A stretch of DNA of 64,000 bases from Takakia lepidozioides (Eukaryota; Plantae; Bryophyta). A program made the position numbers and the translations under genes. The stretch lies in assembly GCA_030704615.1 (NCBI GenBank), contig CM060732.1, forward strand, positions 7,998,001 to 8,062,000, in the 5' to 3' direction. This document shows positions 26,373-37,331 of the stretch, in pieces (the first letter of the stretch is position 1; each line of letters opens with the position of its first letter). The notes below the pieces were generated by a model, which was not told where the DNA came from, did no database searches, and saw only the letters and a list, made by a program, of their open reading frames with translations.

Positions 26373-26737
26373 TGATAATGGAAGTGAACATAATGGAAAC
26401 CCTCCACTCATGAATCCACTCAATCACATAAATTAAGTCAAGCCAAGGGCACCCTTGCTAAGAGAATCCACCCTACAAAGCCCCCACCACACTCCCTCTC
26501 AATACCTAGAACTATGGAGGTGAGAGAGGCTCATGGAGGCTCAACTACAAGAAGATGAGCCTCCTCCATCCTCACAAGGGGAAAACCTATCCCCATGTCC
26601 CAAGTGAGGCTCGACACCTCACTTGGCATGTGAGACCAAATGAAGTCCCAACACACAAAATATAAATATAAATATCTAAAATGTCCTAGTTAACTAGAAG
26701 TAGGTAATTCTAGATAACCATGACTAAAACCATGACA
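26373..26737 (-). repeat. 5' terminal repeat X1 of copy 1
   Basis: 365 bp, about 6 transitions relative to X2 (16254-16618); no Y segment on its outer side. Confidence 0.92.
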
Positions 26738-26799
26738 TATATTTTGCATGGTGGAGCATTGAAACAATAATGTACTGAACCAAAAACTCTCATACGGAA

Positions 26800-27560
26800 A
26801 AAACAAGTGAAACATATGAGGGATGATCCATACCCGGTTGGTGTCCGGATAGCACATATGGTGGCTCTCACTTTCCTGTATTCCTCCTTTGTCCATTGCC
26901 AAGGTGCTAGTCGGCCCATAGATATGGCATGCAACGACATTGCTCCTCAAGCTCCTTTCTAACATTGAGAGAATCACTTTTTGCAGACACTCCCTTCTTT
27001 GCCGACGTGTCATTCAAGACACGAAAAAATGACGAACAAACATTCTTCTCAATATGCATGGGTTGTAGAAGATGACGAATCTTCAAGTACTACATATACC
27101 CCCACCCACAAATTCTTACACAAATATTTTGACGTGAAAGTAACAATGGAAATCATACAAAATGTGCAATATCACATGCATACATAATAGTATTGATGGT
27201 GTTTTTGTGGAATATGTACCGCCCAATATGACAATTCGTATAAGATTGAAAATTGCTTCATGTCGGGCACGTCCACTTCACCTGCCCCCTCCGCTTGGAT
27301 CTCCTTTCATCGGTCTTCCCAAAAACCGTCCGGATGGTGTCACATGTGGGGGGCGTACTTCATCTTTGTTATCAAACAAGTTCTTTTCTCTTCTTCTCCA
27401 TGGATGGTTCATAGGAAGAAACTTACGGTAGTTCGGATACATCATCTTGCGAAGATGGGGGGAGCGATGTGCATCAAGTTCATCATCACAACATGGGCAT
27501 GCGTGGTACCCTTTGGTGCTCAGCTCCAAACAAACAGATAGTCTTGCAGACATCCCGCAA
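26800..27560 (-). pseudogene. CACTA (En/Spm) Tnp2-type transposase fragment
   Basis: STKGYHACPCC...RKFLPMNHPWRR and LAPWQWTKEE...IRTPTGYGSSL match Tnp2 middle-region motifs. Confidence 0.7.
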
Positions 27561-27719
27561 TATTAGCGAAGAGAAAAAATTGTCATGTTGATGGCCCATA
27601 GTGTCAGCAACCCCACTACACTGCACAAAACTATCGCCGCTACTGTGACAGCAATGTCGCCGATTAGCCCCTTTAATCAATCCCAATCCTCATCAATATC
27701 CCTTGACAAGTAAATGCAC

Positions 27720-30307
27720 GGTTCTTAGGGAATATACCATGGTTTGAAGTCTCATGACCACCACAATATATTGCAAGACATCTTGTCACTTGCAGTACGT
27801 GAGACATTGACTCCCGAGGTTCGCGAAACAATCTATAGATTGGGAGACTTATTCCAATGGATTTGCTCCAAAAAAATGAAAGAAGCGGATTTTCCACGCC
27901 CATGAAGGTGGAGGCAGCGGTGGTAATGTGTATGTTGGAGATGCACCTTCATCCCTCCTTCTTTGACATCCAAGTGCACTTGGTAGTGCAGTTAGTGGAA
28001 GAGGCTTCGGTTGCCAGCCCCGTTCATTCTCAGTGGATGTACTTCCTTGAGCGTTATATGAAGACTTTGAAAGCACATGTAAGACAAATGATGCACCGGG
28101 AGGGTAGCATGGTGGAGGGGTATATTGCAAGAAGCTATGTTCTATTGCATGGAGTACATTGCAAGGGTGGATAAGGAAGCCTCTCGGATGTGGAAGGAAG
28201 ACGAGAATGTACGAACTAAGGACGTCATTTTGCCCAAAAATTCGAAGAGGCCGGTAAAAATTACCGAGCATGGTGATGCGCATGAATTCATACTGAAGAA
28301 CAACCCATCCATACATGAGTGGGAGGCAAGATACAATAATCTTGTTTAGCAACGATGGGAGGAGACGCTTGCGTGGAGGCAAAACCATGTAAGGGAGACT
28401 AGGACAATAAGAGCAGCGGGTGAGAATGTTTATTCACGAGATTTTCCCATGGAATTGTAGCCTTTAAGGTCATTCCGACATTGGCTTTGGACTGGAGTTG
28501 AAGACACCATTGCTCAAGGTGAGATGGTTTCAGATATGGTGCAAGACATTGCAAGGGGCCCCTCTCAATTCGCGACCTCATACACCTCGGTTAGGGTTCA
28601 TGGTCGTCATTTCTGCATTCGTGCTCTTAACATGAAGCGCAAAATAACATTTGATTCTGGCTTGTGTGCCACATATTCGCAAGATTCCGTGTCAAGCACA
28701 AGAAATACACGACCTACGTGGAGCAAACTCGAGTACATTGAAGAGCTTGAGAGCATATTCCAACTTTAGTATACAAGGTACCAGCCTCTTATCTTCAAGG
28801 GAAGGTGGTTCCAACCATATCTTGTGGGGCCTTCCGCAACACTAGTGTAAGATGAATGTGGTTTCATGCGCGTCAATGCAGATAAGCTCATGCCTACTCA
28901 TCGTATGTCTGATGAGTCTTTTGCATGGCCTTCAGACATAAAGCAAATATTCTTCTCCCTACAAGACAAAACAAGTTCATGAAATTGGAAGGTGGTTGTG
29001 CATGCTCAGCCAAGAAGAAGACGTATCTATCATGTTCATGGATCTACATGGGGCGAGGCAAATGCGGAGGAAGAAGAGATTGGTCATAATGATGCGACGT
29101 TGGAGGTTGGTTAGAGGGGGTACAAGAGGATGATGACGCCCTGGACAATGCATCCCGGACCCTATGATGAAGCTCCCTCAAATCCGGATGTTGGAGAAGG
29201 AGATGAAGACATGGCCACCAACAACGAGATGGAAGAGGGATGGAAGATCATGATTCAGACATCAATTTTGCAAACCTGGCCATTGATGACGATGACTCTG
29301 ATTACCAAGAAGACTTGTAGCTTGATGAGGACAAAGAAGCTCCGGATGAATGATCTTTTATTTGGACCGGCCTCACTTTGTACTTCACAAATGTACATCG
29401 TTCGCTTTTGTAAATTGTCATATATCATTTTATATAAAATCTTTTTGAACTTGTATTGTTCTCTGAAGTATCTCTCCAACTCTACTCGGCCTCCCCCGGT
29501 GATCTACATCTATGGCCTCCGGCATAGCCACTCTAGTCCACCCTTGTCTTTTCAAGACCTTAGCCCTCTCGCTCTCCCGACCCCTACCCTAGCTTTCTAC
29601 CCCTCATTCCCTCTCCCATAATTCCCCTGTCATTTCCATCCATTTCCCAGTACTTCGGCCCCCGGCTAATCACCTTCCGGCCCGGCCAAGGTTTCGGCAT
29701 GATGTTGTGGCCGGCCATTTAATCCTAGCAATCTACCCTCAACCCTCTAATCCCACGGCCCTTCCTTTTTTCTTTCCTAGCCCCACCCCCTGTCCCATCC
29801 AAAAGCCATTTGTACCTTCCAAAGCCCCTCTCACCGGCCCTTTGCCTCAACCATAAAGCAGGTCCCCTGCGACCCCCTTCCGTCGCAAAAAGAATCAGGC
29901 GTCGCAACCCCATTTGCTACCCCTACTGCGACGCCCCGCCGTCGCCACTTTCGGCGTGCAGGTTGGGGGCCCATCTTCCCCTTCAAGCCACCGTGCGACG
30001 GCCGGCCGGCGTCGCCGCGTTGGGCCTGACGCCGCGTCGTCGCCCCAACCAGCGTGATTGGGGCCCCTCCTCCCCAGTCATATCACCATTGTGCAACGTC
30101 CTGGCGTCGTAGACTGGCCCCGACATTGTGTCCGCCGAGTCTGCGACAGCAGGGCATCGCAATTTCGCCCGGCCCAACGGATGCAGGCGGTTGGGCGTCA
30201 CCGGCTGGCCCGCGATGCCGCCATCGCTGGCTCAGTGCCGCGCCCACTGTCGAACTGTGGACTGGCGTCGCTAAACCCCCCCCCCCCCCCCCCCATTTCC
30301 TGTAGTG
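27720..30307 (+). mobile_element. CACTA element remnant: Tnp2 C-terminal region (DUF4218-type) and a right terminus
   Basis: GLKSHDHH; LEMHLHPSFFDIQVHLVVQL...WMYFLERYMKTLK...EGSMVEGY; FDSG; terminus ...catttcctgTAGTG at 30307. Confidence 0.8.
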
Positions 30308-30399
30308 AAGCAGGAGAATCAATTTGGAAATTCCCCAGCAAAGAGGCCCAGCCATCAGGAATTGCTGCCACAATCGTGCCCCAGGTACGCCGAGCCCAT

Positions 30400-31830
30400 C
30401 ACTAGAAGGAAAATGCGGAATAACCACTGGCCCTTTAACCACTACTGTCTTTTCGCACTCTATAAATCACTAGTAACCACTTGCCAGTGGTTAATCCCGA
30501 TGAAATGCCACGGTGGCATCACAGACAGTGGTTGGAAGTGGTTTCAACCACTCAGTAGTCCACGTGTGATAATTTGTTTTTATTTATTATTTATTATTTG
30601 GTAATATATTAGTTAATAAATATAATATTCTACGTGGATGGGTGCAGTGGTACAGTGTGAGTGGTTATAGACACCTCAGTTATGGGAAGTGATTGAAACC
30701 ACTTGCTACTCCACGTGTAATAGTTCAATTTTATTTATGATTTATGATTTGGAAATCTATTTTTAATTAATAAATATAATATTCCATGTGGACGGGGACA
30801 GTGCACGTTGATCTTGAGTGGTTAAAGACACCTCATTGATTTGTACCACTTTGACAGTGGTGGAGAGTGGGTGGTGAAAGACACTGAAGTAATTGGAACC
30901 ACTATTCTAGTGGTCGCTCATGAGTGGTTGCCTACACAACAGTGCTTGGTACCACTTTTGTGGTGATACATGAAAAACTTTAAGTGGTTTGTGCACCTAT
31001 GACAGACTTTGAAAAATAGACAAGTGTCCAGACCATTGTAGGATGATGCTATAAAACAAATGGTTCCAACAATAAACTTTATTATGAATCTGAAACATAT
31101 TCGTCACCCTCTGAATCACTTTCCTCCACTGGAATAGCAGTTGGTTGTACAAATGCCGCTTGAATGCAAGTAGCCAACATAGCCAGGTCTTCAGTCTCTC
31201 ATGTTAGTTCTAGAATGTTATGTGGTTAAAGACAACCAACATGTAGCCCAATGGTAAGGGCGCATACCCTCTCACGAGGGGTTGTGGGTTCAAACCACCT
31301 GTTGGAAGTCATATAGGTGTCCACCTTCCCATCAGAAGGCAGTAGCCCCTTGGGGTCAAGTGACACCATAAATTACGCTTGCTCCGGCAACGCGTCCCCA
31401 TTTTTTAAATTTTTTTTTAATTTTCTTTTTTCTTTTTGGTGGTTAAAGACACCTCAGTGATTAGTACCACATTGGACAGTGGTACATAGTGAGTGGTTAA
31501 AGACACCGCAATGATTGGTATCACTTGGACGGTGGTAGATTGTGAGTGGTTAAAGACACCTCAGTGACTGGTACCACTCTTGTGGTGATACATGAAAATG
31601 TTTAAGTGGTTTGTGCACATGTGGCAGACTTTAAAAAACATACAGTGTCCAAATCATTGTAGGATGATGCTATTGAACAGATGGTTCCAAACAATCAACT
31701 TTATTCTGAATATGAATCACAATATTCATTCTCTGAAGCACTTTCCTCAACTGGAACAATGTTTGGTCATACAAAACTAGCTTGAAATATGGTAGCCAAC
31801 ATAACCAGCTCTTCTCCACTTAGAGCCGTG
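30400..31830 (+). mobile_element. CACTA left terminus with subterminal repeat array
   Basis: CACTAGAAGGAAAA at 30400; many accact / agtggt(taaagacacc) motifs in both orientations; ~250-bp duplication (~30947-31190 vs ~31570-31815). Confidence 0.65.
31236..31306 (+). pseudogene. Degenerate tRNA-like sequence (tRNA pseudogene or SINE head)
   Basis: A-box TAGCCCAATGG, B-box GGTTCAAACC, acceptor-like pairing CCAACA/TGTTGG; anticodon arm is aberrant. Confidence 0.45.
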
Positions 31831-32519
31831 GCACCATCTAATGACCTAGGTATGGGCTGATCTGATAAGGTAGAGGGTGCCCGTAGACCATCAAAATTTG
31901 CATTTTCTCCAATGTCCAAACTTCAACGATGAATTTTAGAATGAAAAAAAGTGAAATTCACATACCGTACCATATATAAAAAGGACGTAGCAGGATTTGA
32001 GCCCCAAACCACTGGGGTAACAAAAAGTGTACTATCAAATAAAAATTCAAAATAATTCAAAATGGATTTAGGGTTGCGGGTTTGTGTGCTGAACGATGAG
32101 TCTTGGACTTGGTCGTTTTTCTTTGTTTGTGTCGTGGGATGATTTGCAGGTGCATAGCTAGGGTTCGAGATGGAAGCTTTGGAGACCACTTGCGCTCAAG
32201 CGATGCGGGGAGGGTTGAGCTCGACAGCTTTGGAGACATGCGCGCAATCGATGCGGGGAGGGTTGAAGCTCGACAGCTTCCTAGCTTTTTCATACGGCCC
32301 TCAATATCATCCTCTCCACCCTCCTCTCTACCCCATCTTTCTTTCACATTGTCTGTTTCTCCTTAGTCCACGCCCAAACACTCTCCAACTCTCCATCAAT
32401 CTCGCTCCCATCCTCTTCATTTCTCATGCTTTTGCTGCAGTAGGTCGCTCAGGGCTTGGGTTTTCTGTAGGGGCACCATTGCCAGAAAGTTGTATTCTAG
32501 GGCTCAGCCATTTATATAT

Positions 32520-32735
32520 TCATGAAGGGAAAAGATGTCCATGGTGATATCGTCAAGGCTGGAATAATACCAGATGTCATTCTGAACAATACCCTTGTTG
32601 ATATGTATGCCAAATGTGGGGGCACTGTGGATGCAAATGAAGTGTTTGATGGGCAAACGAGATGTGATGTTCTGGAGTGCTATGATTGCAAGACATGCAA
32701 AACATGGATATAGGGGATGGAGGCTTTGGAGACCT
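32520..32735 (+). pseudogene. PPR (PLS-class) gene fragment
   Basis: KGKDVHGDIVKAGIIPDVILNNTLVDMYAKCG...WSAMIARHAKHG with frameshifts; similar to repeats of the gene at 57334. Confidence 0.8.
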
Positions 32736-32785
32736 GTGATCAAATCCACATCAGTAGGGGGTGAAGCCAGACCGAGTCGGGCCAC

Positions 32786-33074
32786 CAACAGATCTGCACT
32801 TGTAGTTCAAGTTTCCGGACTTTCAACTATTCAGATGGGCCTATCTTCTTGCCAATTGCTCCAATTGTGGTGTGCTATGGCTTGGAGAATTTCTCACAAC
32901 TAGTTTGATCAACATATTATGGCCTCCAGAGACCTAAGGGGTTGTGGTCTGGCCCCCAACAGATCTGCACTTGTTGTTCAAGTTTCCGGACGTTCAGGTA
33001 CTCAAATGGGCATATCTTCTTGTCAATTGCTCCAATTGTGGTGTGCTATGGCTTGACACATTTCTAACAACTAG
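32786..33074. repeat. Direct duplication, ~118-bp core with ~171-bp period
   Basis: caacagatctgcacttgt...gtgctatggcttg...caactag at 32786 and 32957. Confidence 0.8.
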
Positions 33075-33282
33075 TGTACTCAAGTTATGATGGCGTACTT
33101 CCACCAAGCACAAGCAACCGCCTCTTCGAGCTTGTAGCTCCATTCAGCAGGCATGAAGCTTGCTTTGAAAATCATTTGTAGCTGGAATGCGAGACTCTTC
33201 AGGCATGATCATGACCACAATCTTGGGAATTCCAATATCTTGATGCACAATTGCATGCTTGTCAATGGCAATGTCACCTCCC

Positions 33283-33920
33283 TCATCTGGTAGGGGGTTG
33301 AAAACATGCACCCAATGTAGGCCCCAAGTAGGCTCCTATTTCTGGGAGGGAACCAAGGTAGTTGCCAGGAATGAAAGATAGCACTATCACTCTAGGCTTG
33401 CAAAAAACACCTCCTTTACGTCCCCACTCAGGCGCCCATGGAAAGATAAAAACCTTGAAGTGGGACCTTCTGATGTCAAATTTGAGAGCAATCTGTATAG
33501 CTTCCAAAGATGCAAACATCACAGAAAAGAACCCTCTACCAAAGGTATGACATTATAACTAAAGGTGCAGGTCCCCCATCTTGCCCAGGTACTTACTGAA
33601 TGATCCATTCACAGACCCATTCGCGGTCGCGTGGCCTACCTGGGAAGTGAAGAAGAACTCCAAGCTGCACCAACTCTCGAGTCTGTTCGTTAATGAGAGA
33701 CATGGATTGGGAGTCATCATAAACTAGCTCATTGCCTCTCCATAGAAGTTCTTCAACAGGTAGATCAGACACCTGGTAAATCAACCGGGCCTTTGCCCAA
33801 AAGAGAGGGTTGCTCACTGGCCTCCACGGGCTTTCGTGGTCCCCAACGACTTGGGGCACGACCATTCCCCCGGGAGCTAGAGCTGCCAAGCCGCTTCCCC
33901 TTGTGAGAGGAATCACCTAT
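33283..33920 (-). pseudogene. L1-type LINE ORF1 fragment (DUF4283-like)
   Basis: ...GRGFFSVMFASLEAIQIAL...FIFPWAPEW pattern resembles the plant L1 ORF1 N-terminal region; in-frame stops. Confidence 0.5.
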
Positions 33921-36900
33921 CGGAGACATGATGAGTAAGAATAAGACCAACAAGCAGAAAAGAGAGAGAGAAAGAGAATAGAGTAGAAGGAGCCGAGAAG
34001 CTCTAATATAGTGCGCAATTCGGAGAGCAATAAGTCCAACCTAAAGCATCTGCCGGAGCCATAACGTTGAAACATCCACCACGAGAGCGGGAGAGATAGC
34101 CGACAGCTGCAGGGAACTATCACTAGGGAGAGACCATAGGAAGTGATCACTTGGGGCTCCTCGACAAGAGTGTTGATAAAGGGAAGCAGACAAGAATTGA
34201 ACCAAAAAGAGCAGAATACATAAACCCACGACTAGACAAGCAACACGGCAGCACCGCAAAAGACTAGCTAGCCCACAACCAAGCAAGCGCCGCGTAGGCT
34301 TAAACCAAAATTAATGTTAGCCGGAGAAATGGAACGCGTGAAGCTGTAGAGAGAAGGAGAGCTGAGGAAAACTAAAGCCAGCCATCATAATCCGGGTAGC
34401 GCCGCCAAGCAAGCAATCAACGAAACCCGGATGAGAGACGAGATAAGGCACAAAAACCAAAAAAAATCCGAGATGTGGAGGCTAGGAAACTAGAAAAAAT
34501 GGTTAAGTCCAAGACACAGCCACACACCGCAGATTGCGGAGCTCGCGCGCCTATATCATGTCATTTAAAAAATAATAATACAGAACAAGAGACAGAGGCC
34601 CTGAGTTAATTTATTAATAAAGGGTAAGGAAAAAATAACCTCAACTACAACCATGGAGGATGAAAAAGGGGGCACTGCCCCATGACCAAAGCAGCAAAGC
34701 AGCAAAACATCCTCCATGGAAGGATTAATTTACACCTTTGGCAAAGAAAACGGAACTATGAACTAGAACAGGAACTAGATCAAGAACCAGGAAATATGGG
34801 GGAATGCTTCTGTGTGAGCCTGGCCACGTGACCTTGTGAGTACGTGAGCGCAGCTAGGCTCACACCATGTCAGCATTGTTTCCAACGCAGAGGACCTAAT
34901 TCCACGGAAGTCACCTATTTCCGCAGAACGCAAGTCGATTGCAACGCACTCGTTTGTCTATCTTTATCTTGCGAAAGGGTTTGCGAAAAGGCTCGTGGAC
35001 CTATCTTGCGAAAGGCTTGCGAAAGGGCTCGTGGACTGCAATCATAGGTGCCTGTTGCACATTCCTGTTTCACATGCTTGCATTCTTCCCCTTCCGTTTG
35101 GGAGTTAGCTGCTTCTCCGGCTCTTTTGTGTTGAGTGCTTGTATGAGTCTCTCCTGAATGTCCTTGTCAGTGTGTGGTGCAAGCGCTGCGGTGTTGTCAT
35201 TTAGGTTCCTCAACACGACCTCATCAAATGGTGTGTCTTGTTTCGGAAGGTCAAGAGTATCACCCGCAATCTCTGAAGTGCGCCCTGCTCCAGTCTCTGG
35301 CAATCCCAGCTGTATACATTGTCAGGTCATTTGATGGGTCCGCTCATGTGTAGGTGAAATCAGGGTCATCGCTCAGGTACTTCCCCGGAATGAGGATATG
35401 GTAGATGTACCTGAACCATACATTCAGAAAACGTAGATGCAGCAGGTGCTTGTTAACTCACATTAAACCCCCTTGTAATCAATGTCGCGTCGACGCAAGG
35501 TTCATCTCCGAACTTCCCAAAAGACTAGAAGACACGAAACACTAAGCAAGACGGAGATTTATCTCCCGAAAGAGGCGATTGAAATCCATAGCATAATCAA
35601 GGTTGCGTTAGAATACAATGAAGAACAACAGGGCCAGTTTAAAAAACAGACTTCAAAAAATGATGCTCTCATTTCTCAAATCAAGGTTGCGTCAACGCAA
35701 GGTTGATTTGCATCCCCCCCCCCCCTTTCCAAAAAAAAAAAAAAAAAAACTTCAAAAAAGGATGGTCCCATTTCTCAAATCAAGGTTGCGTCAACGCAAG
35801 GTTGATTTGCATCACCCCCCTAGAAAAATAAATAAATAAAAATAAAAATAAAATATTGAAGTCGTATGTCTATTTCCATCTCATTCGTTCATTTCCCATG
35901 GTTATAGGCCCCACGTTTATAGGCCCCCCATCATTTTGGTGACGTGGTGAGACCTTGGGTGTGCTCATGCCACGTCAGAATGAGCTCCACGTCAGCGGCT
36001 GTGAGCGTACACTCGCGCTACATCACCATTGTGTGAGCGTACACTCACACGCGACGCTCACGCCGTAGCGTCGTTGGGAAAGATGTACTCCAGCAGAAGA
36101 GAGGGGAAAATTACATACTACCCTTTTTACGTTTGGAAGTTTCGAACGACAGCTGGGCCTTGGATTTGCCTTTCCTAAGGCTACGCTTGTGCCTCCAATT
36201 CACATCAGATTCATCTCCTTCAGCTGGGGACTGCTGAGCATTAACAGAGTTCCCAACATGTCGAGAATTTGTCGTTCCAGAGAATCGTTGAATGAGAAGT
36301 TCTAGAGCAGAGCTTGCTCCCTTTTCCCCAGGTGTTGTCAAAATCAAGGAGTAGCTGCATCCTCTTTATTTGGCGCATCTGGGAAAAGCTGCACACAACA
36401 CTCGCCAATAGACCTATGAACATCTGTTTTTCCAAATATTCCATAAGACATGAGCACATACAGCAGCCCACACTGGACATGAAGACTAAATGCTGCCGCC
36501 ATGGAAGTTCAAAAACAAGGTGGAAGGGTTTAAAGAAAGGTCAGATCTCCATGAGGCAAAGAACTTAGAGAGACAGCAGTCCAAACAACAAAAGCAAAGG
36601 GCCAAGTAATGAGACAGGTGCTCGATAGTCTCACAACATTGAGTAGAGCAGATAGTGCAAAGAGGGTGTCATCTAAGCCCAAGTGTAACATCTTCTATGT
36701 ATCCCACTACGTCTCCTATGTCAAGGCCCAAGTGTGACCTCTAGTGTAGCCTATGTCGTTGGCCCATGTGTGAATAATTGAAATCTAAGACCAAGTACAA
36801 TTTCCTATGTATCCTTGAACAACTCTGCCCGCTGGGCACATGCTTGTGTCCACACATCCGGATCATTCTTGAAGATAATCAGTGCTTATTCAGTCTCAGT

Positions 36901-37129
36901 ACTGCCCGGGTTCGAACTTCTACAAGTACAATAAAATGGATATGAGGGTCCTTGGCTTATTAGGGTTAGAATGCGTGCTAGGGATGCTATGGCTGCTAAT
37001 GATTTTTTTTTTAATTATAAAAATGCACCATGCCACGTGGCGCGACGCGGCGCGGCATATAGCATGATTTTTTTTTTAAATTGAAAGAATTGCGCCTCGC
37101 CACGTGGCGCGTCGCAGAAATACGTATCA

Positions 37130-37331
37130 ATACGCAACAATATGTATCCATGTGTAAGTGCCATGTAAGCAGATACATACTTGACTGTCATATATGTCTT
37201 GCTGGCATATATGACATGATGTCCGAGATGACATGGTTTTGGTGACTGCAGAGTCATGTAGTCATATTTGATAGTTATGACTGAAATCGCAGTCATAACT
37301 GAAGTGGTAAAAACCAGGATCTGTTGTAGTG
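37130..37331. mobile_element. CACTA right terminus with subterminal repeats
   Basis: ...aaaaaccaggatctgttgTAGTG; atgact/agtcat repeats; partner end not identified. Confidence 0.5.

Larger units (their letters stand above)
16168..26737 (-). mobile_element. Ty3/Gypsy retrotransposon copy 1 (gag-PR-DNMT-RT-RH-INT-PHD) with split/permuted terminal repeats; pseudogenised
   Basis: Ends are TGTC...GACA, flanked by TATA on both sides (16164-16167, 26738-26741). Gypsy domain order RT-RH-INT. PPT at 16706-16717. Repeats X (365 bp, two copies) and Y (85 bp, two copies). Confidence 0.92.

Noticed and set aside
26357-26374. CACTACAAGAAG on the minus strand as a CACTA terminus
   Set aside because: It overlaps the end of repeat X1, no partner TIR or TSD was found, and it is better explained as the complement of the X hairpin loop.
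16254-26737. X1/X2 as ordinary LTRs
   Set aside because: No TSD at the X2 outer boundary, and the PPT is separated from X2 by the 85-bp Y segment.
30400-37331. A single CACTA element spanning 30400-37331 (or 15480-30307)
   Set aside because: TIRs match only at CACTA(CA) and the flanking trinucleotides differ.
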